A DNA stretch of 64,000 bases from Bdellovibrionota bacterium. Lineage in GTDB: Bacteria; Bdellovibrionota_C; UBA2361; CALJRW01. The translations under genes were made by a program, and so were the position numbers. The notes below the pieces were generated by a model, which saw nothing but the letters and a program-made list of their open reading frames with translations, had not been told where the DNA came from and searched no databases. Where the stretch lies: positions 89,060 to 153,059 of the forward strand of contig JBGSMD010000009.1 in assembly GCA_041740355.1 (NCBI GenBank). Direction: 5' to 3'. Below, piece by piece: positions 1 through 8,435 of this stretch (positions are counted from its first letter, which is position 1; each line of letters starts with the position of its first letter).

Positions 1-393
1 GGGAAAATTAGCTCCAACCTTACTAGCACAAGAATTTTTACCGTCCGAATCTGAGCAAATAAACAAGGCAACAGGACCTTTCGGTAAGCTAGCTAAATCA
101 AAATCGAAGATTGAACTACTGCTTTTGGGATCAGCAGAATCTAGTAAAGTTTTAGTTATAACCTTATTTTCATTTAAAGCTTCTAAAGTTACAATCACTT
201 TAGCAAGCTGACCCTTGGAGACGCGCTCTTCAGACTCATACTTAATGGCATCAAGGTCGCCAAATACACAGCGTTCTTCACGATCAATCTTAATAGTGAG
301 TTGGCTATCTTTAATATCTAAGGACTTAGCTTCTGCCAATAATTCAGGTCCAATAATTAAGAGGAAAGCTAATAAACTAATAATAAATTTCAT
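1..393 (-). CDS. Secreted hypothetical protein, truncated at the window edge (not in the ORF track)
   Basis: ATG at 393 with an open frame to position 1: MKFIISLLAFLLIIGPELLAEAKSLDIKDSQ...LFICSDSDGKNSCASK; signal-peptide-like N-terminus. Confidence 0.8.
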   Translation of the reverse strand, partial: MKFIISLLAFLLIIGPELLAEAKSLDIKDSQLTIKIDREERCVFGDLDAIKYESEERVSKGQLAKVIVTLEALNENKVITKTLLDSADPKSSSSIFDFDLASLPKGPVALFICSDSDGKNSCASKVGANFP

Positions 394-520
394 GATGATT
401 GCTCCACGCTGAATTGGTAAATGTCACTAAAAAGTAATTTGTAAATTACAAATTTTGATTAACTAATTATCTGTGAATTAATAAAAAACTGGACTGCGTC
501 CATACTACTGATGTTGTGGA

Positions 521-548
521 TGCCTCAAAGGTTTTACCCCTTGAGGCA
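521..548 (-). terminator. Stem-loop immediately after the stop of the Cys-rich Hint gene (no U-tract; may be an mRNA stabiliser)
   Basis: TGCCTCAA(A)GG...CCTTGAGGCA inverted repeat. Confidence 0.5.
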
Positions 549-549
549 C

Positions 550-3500
550 TTAATCACTTTTGATTTGATCAAATTCTGTTTGAAGAACTAAATCACCAGT
601 ATAAATACCTTCGGAAACTAACAAATGATTATCCACCTCTGAAACTGAAATCTCAGATAGGGTAAAGTTAATCACATTTTGACCTACAACAACAGGTAAT
701 AATTCCTGTGAACTAACAGCAATCCAAGTTCCATCAGCTTTTTTAACTTCATCGCCTGGCTTAACTTCGATCGCACGTTTTAAGCCTGCTTTAGTTAAGA
801 CAACGTGTTTCTGACTGATCTTAATTTTTTCCACACCATAAGTTAACTGAACCAAGGCTTCTGTTTCAGGTCCTTCTACTACTTTTAATACCTCTAATTT
901 TTGACCTGGGGCTCCAAGTAAATAATCACCAACTTTAACATTTTCAACAAGTACTTCTTGATTGTTAGCTAAAGTTACTTTTGTCCCTGGAGGGAAACAT
1001 CCATCAGATCCCCGATTACAAGCACATGTCCAGCAGGCATTCGGATCGGCTGACAGTTTAGTACCTGTGTAATCAGTCTGACCACCATTAGCATCAGTTA
1101 CAATAACATTACCATTAACGTCGACTCGGGTTACCCCTTGGTTAAGATTTGTATTGTTATAGAACAGATCAGCAATACCCTTATAGTTAGTAAAGTTAAA
1201 TGCTGAATCAACCCCGTCACCCTTCACACAAACTATTTTTTTAGGATCACAATAATCATTATAACGATATCGACCTCGATCTACTTGAGTAGGAACAGGA
1301 ACATTATCACAAACGTTAACAACATCACATGTAGAAGAACATCCTGAGCCAGCTACACCATTATTAACTCCAAGGTCACATTTCTCTCCAAGTTCAGAAC
1401 TTACAATACCATCTCCACAATATTTCGTGATCTCACATTCTGTATTACAAATTTGCTTCGTTGGACTTGCTTGAGATCCAGGAATTAAATCAAAATCAGT
1501 TCCATCGCAAAGTTCATTCTCATCCCTTATTCCATCACCACAATAAGGTACCTCTTCACATGTTACTGAACATCGAGAATTTGGTGTGCCATTACTTGCA
1601 CCAAGATCACATTTTTCCCCTAGTTCCGGACTCAAGATACCATCTCCACAATATGGATTAATGGTACATTCATTATTACAAACTTGATTTGTCAGACTTA
1701 TCTGTACTCCTTGATCTAAATAAAAGTCATCTCCATCACAAAGCTCACCTTCGTTACGAAATCCATCTCCACAGTATGGAGGAAATTCAACTCGGCAAAA
1801 TTCATTACAGGTTACCTTAGTAGGATCTACATTTAATGGGAAGTTAAGATCATCAGCGAAATCGCTGCCATCACATTCCTCATAAACTGGACAGCCAATA
1901 GCCTGACATGTTGGTTGATCTTTAGGTATGCCATTTACAATTCCATCTCCGCAGTATGGAGTCATTTCACAGTTCAGTGAACATCTAGAACCTAGTGTCC
2001 CATTTTTTACACCAAGGTCACATAGTTCTCCAAGTTCTGGACTGAAAATTCCGTCTCCACAATATAAGTTTACTTCACAAATGGAATTACATAATTGATC
2101 GGTAGTACTAACTTGAAGACCTTCAGCTAAATCAAAGTCATCACCATCACAAAGCTCGCCTTCACTCCGAATACCATCTCCACAATATGGCTCATCTTCA
2201 CAGGTTAAGGAACATCTAGAACCAGGAGCACCGTTATTTTCTCCAAGATCACATTTTTCCCCTAATTCAAGATTTAGAATACCATCGCCACAATATGGAT
2301 TAATCCTACATTCTTCATTACAGACTTGATTGGCCAGACTGCTTTGAACTCCCGGATCTAAATTAAAGTCATCTCCATCACAAAGTTCCCCTTCATTTCG
2401 AATATCATCACCACAATATGGTGGAAATTCTACTCGACAATAATCATTACAAGTTACTTTAGTGCGGTCAACATTTAATGGGTAATTAATATCATCCGAA
2501 AAATCATTGCCATCACATTCTTCATAAACTGGACACCCAATTGCCTGGCAGGTCAGATCATCTTTAGAAACTCCATTAACAATTCCATCACCACAATACG
2601 GCTTAACTGTTACTTCACAGCTAGCGGAACAGGTTAGATTATTAAGCGGAATGTTATTAGGATTAGCATAGCCACTGAAATCATTTCCATCACAAATTTC
2701 ACCAGCAGTTACGACTCCATCACCACAATAATCCTCTACAATGACAGTACAATCATCCCTACATGTTAAGGCATCCTGAGGGATATCCGCTTTATCAGGA
2801 TTAAGTTCAAAGTAAACTGAAAAATCTTCACCATCGCATTCTTCGGTATCTGTGCAATAGCCCCAATCTTCTTCGAAGTTATCAACACAAAATGCTCGCT
2901 TCGCTTCTCCATCCCCACAATAAGGTCGGACATGAACATTACAACTTCCTGTACAAATTAAATTTGCTAGGGGAATATTATTTGGATTGGCATAATTACC
3001 AAAATTTGTACCTTCGCAGATTTCATTGTCTGCTAATTGTCCATCTCCACAATATGGATCAATCTGACATTCGTTGGAACATTTTGCATTAGGATGAGTT
3101 ACTCCACCAAGATCTGTTAAATCACATTCTTCAACTCCTGCCTGAATTTCACCATCACCACAATAGGTACATTTAAATCCATTTGCTCGGCAGTTTGGAA
3201 CATAACTTGCTTGACCAACTTTAATTCCATAATCACAATTCTCATTGTTAGTTTCATCTAAAAATCCATCGCCACAAACAACTACTTTGCAATTGTTGCG
3301 ACATGTCTTGCCAGCTGGAGTGTCAGTTCCATCACATTCTTCTAAGGGATTATTAACATCGTTATCTCCGCACTTAGTGCAATCCTCTCGACATCCAGTT
3401 TTAGTTTGAGGATCATTATAATCACAAGTTTCGCCTTTTGGTAAATCTATTTCTTGTGTCCAAACTCCATCACCGCAATAAGGAAGTCGGCAATCGGCAC

Positions 3501-3777
3501 GGCAATTATCCGTTAAGATCTTATTGCCATCATCACATTCTTCATCAAGTAAAATTAATCCATCACCGCAATATGAACAGGTCAGACATTCACAGTTTTT
3601 ACAGCCACAAACATTAGGATCAGAAATGACTGCCGCAACAGAATTTGGATAGGCACTGCAATCTAGGTTTGAGATAACAGAATCTTGTGCGACTGTAAAT
3701 GTTGGAATACTTGCTAGTATGAACAGGCTACAAAGTAACCTCACACAAAGAATAGAGAAAATTTTCGAGTTGGACAT
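550..3777 (-). CDS. Secreted myxococcal-type Cys-rich repeat (DUF4215-like) protein with C-terminal Hint domain
   Basis: Signal peptide; many YCGDG...ExCD repeats; Hint begins at G|CFPPGTKV (Cys927, nt 999), with SQKH block B and ...NHLLVSEGIYTGD end. Confidence 0.88.
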   Translation of the reverse strand: MSNSKIFSILCVRLLCSLFILASIPTFTVAQDSVISNLDCSAYPNSVAAVISDPNVCGCKNCECLTCSYCGDGLILLDEECDDGNKILTDNCRADCRLPYCGDGVWTQEIDLPKGETCDYNDPQTKTGCREDCTKCGDNDVNNPLEECDGTDTPAGKTCRNNCKVVVCGDGFLDETNNENCDYGIKVGQASYVPNCRANGFKCTYCGDGEIQAGVEECDLTDLGGVTHPNAKCSNECQIDPYCGDGQLADNEICEGTNFGNYANPNNIPLANLICTGSCNVHVRPYCGDGEAKRAFCVDNFEEDWGYCTDTEECDGEDFSVYFELNPDKADIPQDALTCRDDCTVIVEDYCGDGVVTAGEICDGNDFSGYANPNNIPLNNLTCSASCEVTVKPYCGDGIVNGVSKDDLTCQAIGCPVYEECDGNDFSDDINYPLNVDRTKVTCNDYCRVEFPPYCGDDIRNEGELCDGDDFNLDPGVQSSLANQVCNEECRINPYCGDGILNLELGEKCDLGENNGAPGSRCSLTCEDEPYCGDGIRSEGELCDGDDFDLAEGLQVSTTDQLCNSICEVNLYCGDGIFSPELGELCDLGVKNGTLGSRCSLNCEMTPYCGDGIVNGIPKDQPTCQAIGCPVYEECDGSDFADDLNFPLNVDPTKVTCNEFCRVEFPPYCGDGFRNEGELCDGDDFYLDQGVQISLTNQVCNNECTINPYCGDGILSPELGEKCDLGASNGTPNSRCSVTCEEVPYCGDGIRDENELCDGTDFDLIPGSQASPTKQICNTECEITKYCGDGIVSSELGEKCDLGVNNGVAGSGCSSTCDVVNVCDNVPVPTQVDRGRYRYNDYCDPKKIVCVKGDGVDSAFNFTNYKGIADLFYNNTNLNQGVTRVDVNGNVIVTDANGGQTDYTGTKLSADPNACWTCACNRGSDGCFPPGTKVTLANNQEVLVENVKVGDYLLGAPGQKLEVLKVVEGPETEALVQLTYGVEKIKISQKHVVLTKAGLKRAIEVKPGDEVKKADGTWIAVSSQELLPVVVGQNVINFTLSEISVSEVDNHLLVSEGIYTGDLVLQTEFDQIKSD
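1318..2601 (-). repeat. Intragenic tandem super-repeat, 2 x 642 nt (214 aa)
   Basis: TCQAIGCPVYEECDG blocks recur 642 nt apart (tcataaactggaca at 1880 and 2522); units 1960-2601 and 1318-1959. Confidence 0.9.
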
Positions 3778-3831
3778 GAATTGAACCTTAATATCTATGA
3801 AACCTATGAGTTAAGATTCAGATCCAGACAA

Positions 3832-3851
3832 ATTCGATTCTTGCTTCTAAA
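3832..3851 (-). promoter_or_regulatory. Conserved upstream motif of Hint gene 1
   Basis: ATTCGATTCTTGCTTCTAAA, 19/20 identical to 4816-4835, both starting 55 nt from the start codon. Confidence 0.65.
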
Positions 3852-4071
3852 TTGATTAAAGGAATTATTTTAAGTTATCATCATTCTAGAAACAAATAGT
3901 AATTTCAAGTAGTTACATTTAGAATAAAAGCTCTTAGCTTTAAGCAGGCTTCTTAAAACATGTAACCAACTCACTGCGCAGAACATTTATCTATAAGTTC
4001 ATATTGCAATGATAATAGATGGTTACTGAAATTCTCTGGAAACAAATTCCGTTTAGTTTTCTTAGCTTTAT

Positions 4072-4761
4072 TTACTCCGTCGCTATTTCTTCTTCTATTA
4101 CTTCTGGATCCAGCGTAATAACAGGTTCAACTTGAACAGCTACTGGCTGATTAATAATTTCCATTGCAGTTAAATCGCCAGTGACAATCCCATTTGATAA
4201 CAACATGTGATTTTCAAGCTGGTCATCCCCTTCTAGCCTAATATTAAAAACTTTCTGCTTAGCTTTCACTGGTAAATACTGTACTTTTGATACTTCAGCT
4301 TTCGTTCCATTAAGATTAGCCAAGTGACCTCGTTTAACATCTCTAGCAGGAATAGTTCCTTCGTCAGTTTTAACTGGATGGGTCTCCGTAACTTTGACTG
4401 TTTTATTACCAACAGTAATTACAACAATCGGTTCAGATTCAAAAGACTCCAGAACATTAACTACTTTAGCTATTTTTCCACTGACAGGATTTATCACTTG
4501 ATCTCCAACTTGGATATCTTTAATTGCTTTCTCCAGTCCATCTCCCATCAGGATTTTGGTATCTGGCACAAAACAACTTGGCAATGCTTGTGGTGAGCCT
4601 TGTTGCGAGCTTGCCGAACCCTGTGGTGAGCCCTGTGGTGAGCTTGTCGAACCCACTGTCGAACCACCACTGCCTTCCGCAACCAACAAAATTGGAATAC
4701 TAATTAATAACAAAGTATAAATTAGGCTTTTAGATAAATTGGCAATTTGAGATAGAAACAT
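4072..4761 (-). CDS. Secreted short S/G/Q-rich peptide fused to a Hint domain
   Basis: Signal peptide, SPQG repeats, then S|CFVPDTKILM (Cys63), TETH block B, ENHMLLSNGIVTGD end, acidic tail. Confidence 0.88.
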   Translation of the reverse strand: MFLSQIANLSKSLIYTLLLISIPILLVAEGSGGSTVGSTSSPQGSPQGSASSQQGSPQALPSCFVPDTKILMGDGLEKAIKDIQVGDQVINPVSGKIAKVVNVLESFESEPIVVITVGNKTVKVTETHPVKTDEGTIPARDVKRGHLANLNGTKAEVSKVQYLPVKAKQKVFNIRLEGDDQLENHMLLSNGIVTGDLTAMEIINQPVAVQVEPVITLDPEVIEEEIATE

Positions 4762-4815
4762 GAATTAAACCTTTAGGGCATAGATAAAAAAGTTATTAGA
4801 ATTCAATCAGAACGT

Positions 4816-4835
4816 ATTCGATTCTTGCTCCTAAA
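4816..4835 (-). promoter_or_regulatory. Conserved upstream motif of Hint gene 2
   Basis: ATTCGATTCTTGCTCCTAAA; matches 3832-3851. Confidence 0.65.
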
Positions 4836-4874
4836 AACAAGAAATTTAGTAACTTGATTATCATGCTAGCGAAT

Positions 4875-4910
4875 GTCAGCTTAATTACCAATAGTAAAAT
4901 TTAAGCTGAC
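4875..4910. other. Intergenic inverted repeat (terminator or operator)
   Basis: GTCAGCTTAA...TTAAGCTGAC perfect 10-bp stem. Confidence 0.45.
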
Positions 4911-5006
4911 TGAACGAGAACTGCTTATAACCTATTCTTTTAATCCGAAGCATAAAAAAAGTCAGAGGTTCTAAGCATCTCCGATAACTAGAAATTGTAG
5001 GTACAA

Positions 5007-5435
5007 TTAAAACAATTTACCTATTAAATCCTTTGCTTTACCAAGAAAACTGCCCTCTCCCTTAAAGATATTTAAAATCGAGCTAAGCTTACCGCCAAAA
5101 AGTCCACTTACAAAATCTATTCCGTAATCTAGAAAACTAGGTTTTTCCACTACACTCTGATTATTTCCACCTAAAGAGTTACCATTATTAGCAGCAAGCG
5201 AATTAGTGTTGTTAACGCCACCAAAACCAATTTGTTGAAAAATATTATTGACTGTCTGCAAGATAATATTAGTTAGTCCATTTAGTAAATTATCAATAAA
5301 TGGATGCTGACACTGCGTTGAAGCAGTGGAATTTAAACTGGTACTATAATTAGTCTGTAATGGTGCTTGATTAATCATAGAAGTTTCCAATTGATAAGGA
5401 ATGGCGGAGGTATTAATTGGTTTAATATCTAACAT
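5007..5435 (-). CDS. Hypothetical Asn/Gly-rich protein with C-terminal amphipathic helices
   Basis: 142-aa ORF with AAGGGA RBS; no recognised family. Confidence 0.7.
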   Translation of the reverse strand: MLDIKPINTSAIPYQLETSMINQAPLQTNYSTSLNSTASTQCQHPFIDNLLNGLTNIILQTVNNIFQQIGFGGVNNTNSLAANNGNSLGGNNQSVVEKPSFLDYGIDFVSGLFGGKLSSILNIFKGEGSFLGKAKDLIGKLF

Positions 5436-5753
5436 TTGGTGTCCCTTTTTAAAAAATTAAAGTCACCTATACCAAAAACAAACTTCAAAAAGTAAATTTT
5501 TCCGGGATTTCTGGATGATACATATTGAATTACTTCAACATATCAATAATTTTTTTTACATTGGAAAGGATTTACCCGTATCGAAGTAAAGAAATCTGGC
5601 AAGGATCCATTTGGTGTATTAATAACTTTTGGTTACTAACTACACCGGAATAAATCCTTATCGAAATTTTGATTAAGATGTTGCTTAATAAAACTCTGGA
5701 TATAATTTCTTTTAAGAATTTGAAAAAGCTTTGATTGTCAGGTGACTTCTAGA

Positions 5754-6794
5754 TTAGATTAACATTTCTCTTTCTGCAGCATTTTTACGATATTCCTGAT
5801 AATGCTGAGAATTTTGAAGGAATAATCCCGCGCCAGCTACGACAGCAGAAATTGGATCAGGAGCTCGATGGACCTTAATTCCCAGCTCTTCAGATAAACG
5901 TTTCTCAAGTCCACGAAGTAGACTTCCTCCGCCGGAAAGATTTAATCCAGTGGAGATAATATCCCCAGCAAGTTCTGGCGGGGTTATTTCTAAGGTTTGG
6001 CGAATTGCTGAGATAATACTGGAAACAACTTCTGACATAGACTCTCGCATTTCCTTGCTAGTCACTGTGATACAGTGTGGCGCACCACTTGTTAAACTGC
6101 GCCCTTTAACTTTCATCTCTAAAGTATCGAAGTCAGAATGTGCCGAGCCAATAGTTAGTTTAATCTTCTCCGCTGTTAATTCGCCAATCAAAAGATGACG
6201 AACTCGCCGCAGATAGTTAATTATTGCTTCATCAATGGTATCTCCCCCTTGGCGAACAGAAAGGGCTTGCACAACATCACCTAAACTAATAACTGCGATA
6301 TCCGTAGTTCCACCTCCGATATCTACAATCATATTAGCTGTGGCTTCGTCGACTGGTAAGTTTGAACCGATTGCTGCGGCCATCGCTTCGTCAACTAATT
6401 GAACTTCTCTGGTTTTGTTTTCAATGGAAAGTCGAATCGCTCTTTTTTCTACTTCAGTAATTCCACAAGGAATACCTACAATCACACGAGGTTTAAAGAT
6501 TGTAATATTATTATCGGTAACTTTATCTAAGTAATGAGCTAACATCATACCTGCAACTTCAAAGTCAGCGATAACACCTGTACGAACTGGGCGAACAACA
6601 TCAACTCCTGGAGGTGTTTTTCCTAACATTGCTTTAGCTTCCGCGCCGAAAGCGATAGGTACTTTTTTATTCCCAACTTTCTTAACAGCAACAACACTAG
6701 GCTCATTTAAGATAATTCCCGCGTCTTTGGCATAGATTAAAGTGTTAGCAGTACCTAAATCAATGGCTAAATCTCTAGCAACAAAACTGAACAT
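5754..6794 (-). CDS. mreB: Actin-like rod shape-determining protein (MreB family)
   Basis: DLGTANT, EPSVVA, VDIGGGTTD, LSGGGSLL motifs. Confidence 0.93.
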   Translation of the reverse strand: MFSFVARDLAIDLGTANTLIYAKDAGIILNEPSVVAVKKVGNKKVPIAFGAEAKAMLGKTPPGVDVVRPVRTGVIADFEVAGMMLAHYLDKVTDNNITIFKPRVIVGIPCGITEVEKRAIRLSIENKTREVQLVDEAMAAAIGSNLPVDEATANMIVDIGGGTTDIAVISLGDVVQALSVRQGGDTIDEAIINYLRRVRHLLIGELTAEKIKLTIGSAHSDFDTLEMKVKGRSLTSGAPHCITVTSKEMRESMSEVVSSIISAIRQTLEITPPELAGDIISTGLNLSGGGSLLRGLEKRLSEELGIKVHRAPDPISAVVAGAGLFLQNSQHYQEYRKNAAEREMLI

Positions 6795-6830
6795 GAAATA
6801 ATCTATTTTAAAAAATGGAAAAATACAGGA

Positions 6831-7030
6831 TACTTAAACTCTCTGCTCGTCTTTTTAGAAAAAATGTCGAGTAAGGAGGGTGAGCAAAGTAATGGCTAAG
6901 CAATTTTTTGCCGCAGAAAACAAATACTCAAAACCAAAAAGTGAAAAATGCAATTCTTACCCGCCGATGCTTTTGCAAAGGAGGACGCATTTTACCACCA
7001 CGTTTCACCAAAACATAATAGGTTTGAGTA
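6831..7030. repeat. Composite palindromic intergenic element
   Basis: 6851-6935 resembles 16415-16498 (TAAGG.G.GTGAGCAAA...TTTTGCCG.AGAAAA); TACTCAAAACC...GGTTTGAGTA arms enclose a REP-like hairpin at 6960-6986. Confidence 0.6.
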
Positions 7031-7065
7031 GATAATAGTTCTAATTCTCTGAAAAATCAAACAAT

Positions 7066-7914
7066 ATGGCTACAATTAAGACAATTGCTGTTATTGGTGC
7101 TGGGCAAATGGGTCTAGGGATTGCTGAACTTTGTGCTAGCAAAAATTTTAAAGTCCAACTCTATGATAGCAACACGCAAATATTAAATAATGCCAAAATA
7201 CGCCTCACTGCATCAGGACTTAAGTTAGTGGAAAAAGGCAAAATGACATCGGCCCTCCAGTCACAAATTATTAACAACATTGAAACATTTAACGATCTCA
7301 CAAAATTAAAATCTGCGGATTTAATTATTGAAGCTGTAATTGAAAATTGTGAGGTAAAGTCATCCCTTTTTAAAAACCTCTCCTCAATTGTTCAAGAATC
7401 AGCAATCTTGGCTTCGAACACTTCTTCCCTTTCAATTACTAGGATGGCAAATTCTTTTATTCGCCCTGATAAATTTATTGGACTGCACTTCTTCAATCCA
7501 GCACCAGTAATGCCATTAGTGGAAGTGATTGGCGGTTTAAAAACAAGTTTAAGTACGAAACAAGATATTCGTGCCTTTGTACTATTATTAGGAAAAGAAC
7601 CAATTGAGGCTCCTGACACACCAGGCTTTCTTGTTAATCGCATATTATGTCCGATGATTAATGAAGCGATTTTTCTATTAGCAGAGGGAAATGCGGTGCA
7701 AGATATTGATCAAGCGATTAAACTTGGGGCCAATCATCCTATGGGTCCACTACAATTAGCAGATTTTGTGGGACTAGATACTCTTTTAAGGATTTTAGAA
7801 TGCTATCAAATTGAATTTGGAGAGGATAAATATCGCCCTTGCCCTTTACTCCGACAATATGTCGATGCCGGATGGCTAGGTAAAAAATCAGGTCGTGGTT
7901 TTTATAACTATTAA
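7066..7914 (+). CDS. hbd: 3-hydroxybutyryl-CoA dehydrogenase (Hbd/PaaH family)
   Basis: GAGQMG NAD-binding motif, SNTSS, HFFNPAP, GANHPMGP. Confidence 0.9.
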   Translation: MATIKTIAVIGAGQMGLGIAELCASKNFKVQLYDSNTQILNNAKIRLTASGLKLVEKGKMTSALQSQIINNIETFNDLTKLKSADLIIEAVIENCEVKSSLFKNLSSIVQESAILASNTSSLSITRMANSFIRPDKFIGLHFFNPAPVMPLVEVIGGLKTSLSTKQDIRAFVLLLGKEPIEAPDTPGFLVNRILCPMINEAIFLLAEGNAVQDIDQAIKLGANHPMGPLQLADFVGLDTLLRILECYQIEFGEDKYRPCPLLRQYVDAGWLGKKSGRGFYNY

Positions 7915-7961
7915 AAAGTTAATCTTCAAAAGATTTTTTAAGTCTCCGCAAATCAACAGCA

Positions 7962-8411
7962 TTATTTAGTGCTGAGAGTTTTGCACATTTCCCAATGTGG
8001 GATTGAAACTTCCAAAAAGCATTCCCCATGTTTCGTATAACCTAGTAATTGATAAAACTTAAGTGCTGTATCTCTGGCATGAAGAATCATTTGGGTATAC
8101 TCACGTTCTTCAGCAAACTGTTCTGAGTATTTAACTAAGGCTCGACCAATTCCTTTTCCCTGCAAAGTACTCACTACAGCTACTTGTCGCATTTGGATTT
8201 GAGTACTTGTAAGCGGACGTAAAACCAAACAACCTAATAACTTATTTTCTAAATAACATCCCAAATGAAAAGAATTCGATTCATTAGATAATTCTTCACT
8301 AGAAAAATTAAGTCCAAGCGGTTGGCGTAAAATGGTATCACGCAATTGAACAGTTAACTGATAGGCCTCTGATCCATAAGGAATTATCTGAAATGAATAC
8401 TGTTCGGTCAT
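7962..8411 (-). CDS. GNAT acetyltransferase (ElaA/YjcF-like)
   Basis: RQVAV...QGKGIG, HAR..A..FY..LG. Confidence 0.88.
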   Translation of the reverse strand: MTEQYSFQIIPYGSEAYQLTVQLRDTILRQPLGLNFSSEELSNESNSFHLGCYLENKLLGCLVLRPLTSTQIQMRQVAVVSTLQGKGIGRALVKYSEQFAEEREYTQMILHARDTALKFYQLLGYTKHGECFLEVSIPHWEMCKTLSTK

Positions 8412-8435
8412 TGAAATTCATTAAGTGATATCTTA

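Noticed and set aside
550-999. Hint domains as selfish inteins or as polymorphic-toxin pretoxin Hints
   Set aside because: No homing endonuclease, no HN-C/S/T end, and only 13-33 residues follow, so there is no C-extein or toxin domain
1318-3560. Periodic repeats as a CRISPR array
   Set aside because: Degenerate in-frame coding repeats with codon-position variation; no cas genes and no constant repeat-spacer pattern
4961-4989. Sigma28-like promoter (TCAG-N15-16-CCGATAAC) on the + strand
   Set aside because: It points antisense into the 3' end of a minus-strand gene with no downstream + ORF; probably chance
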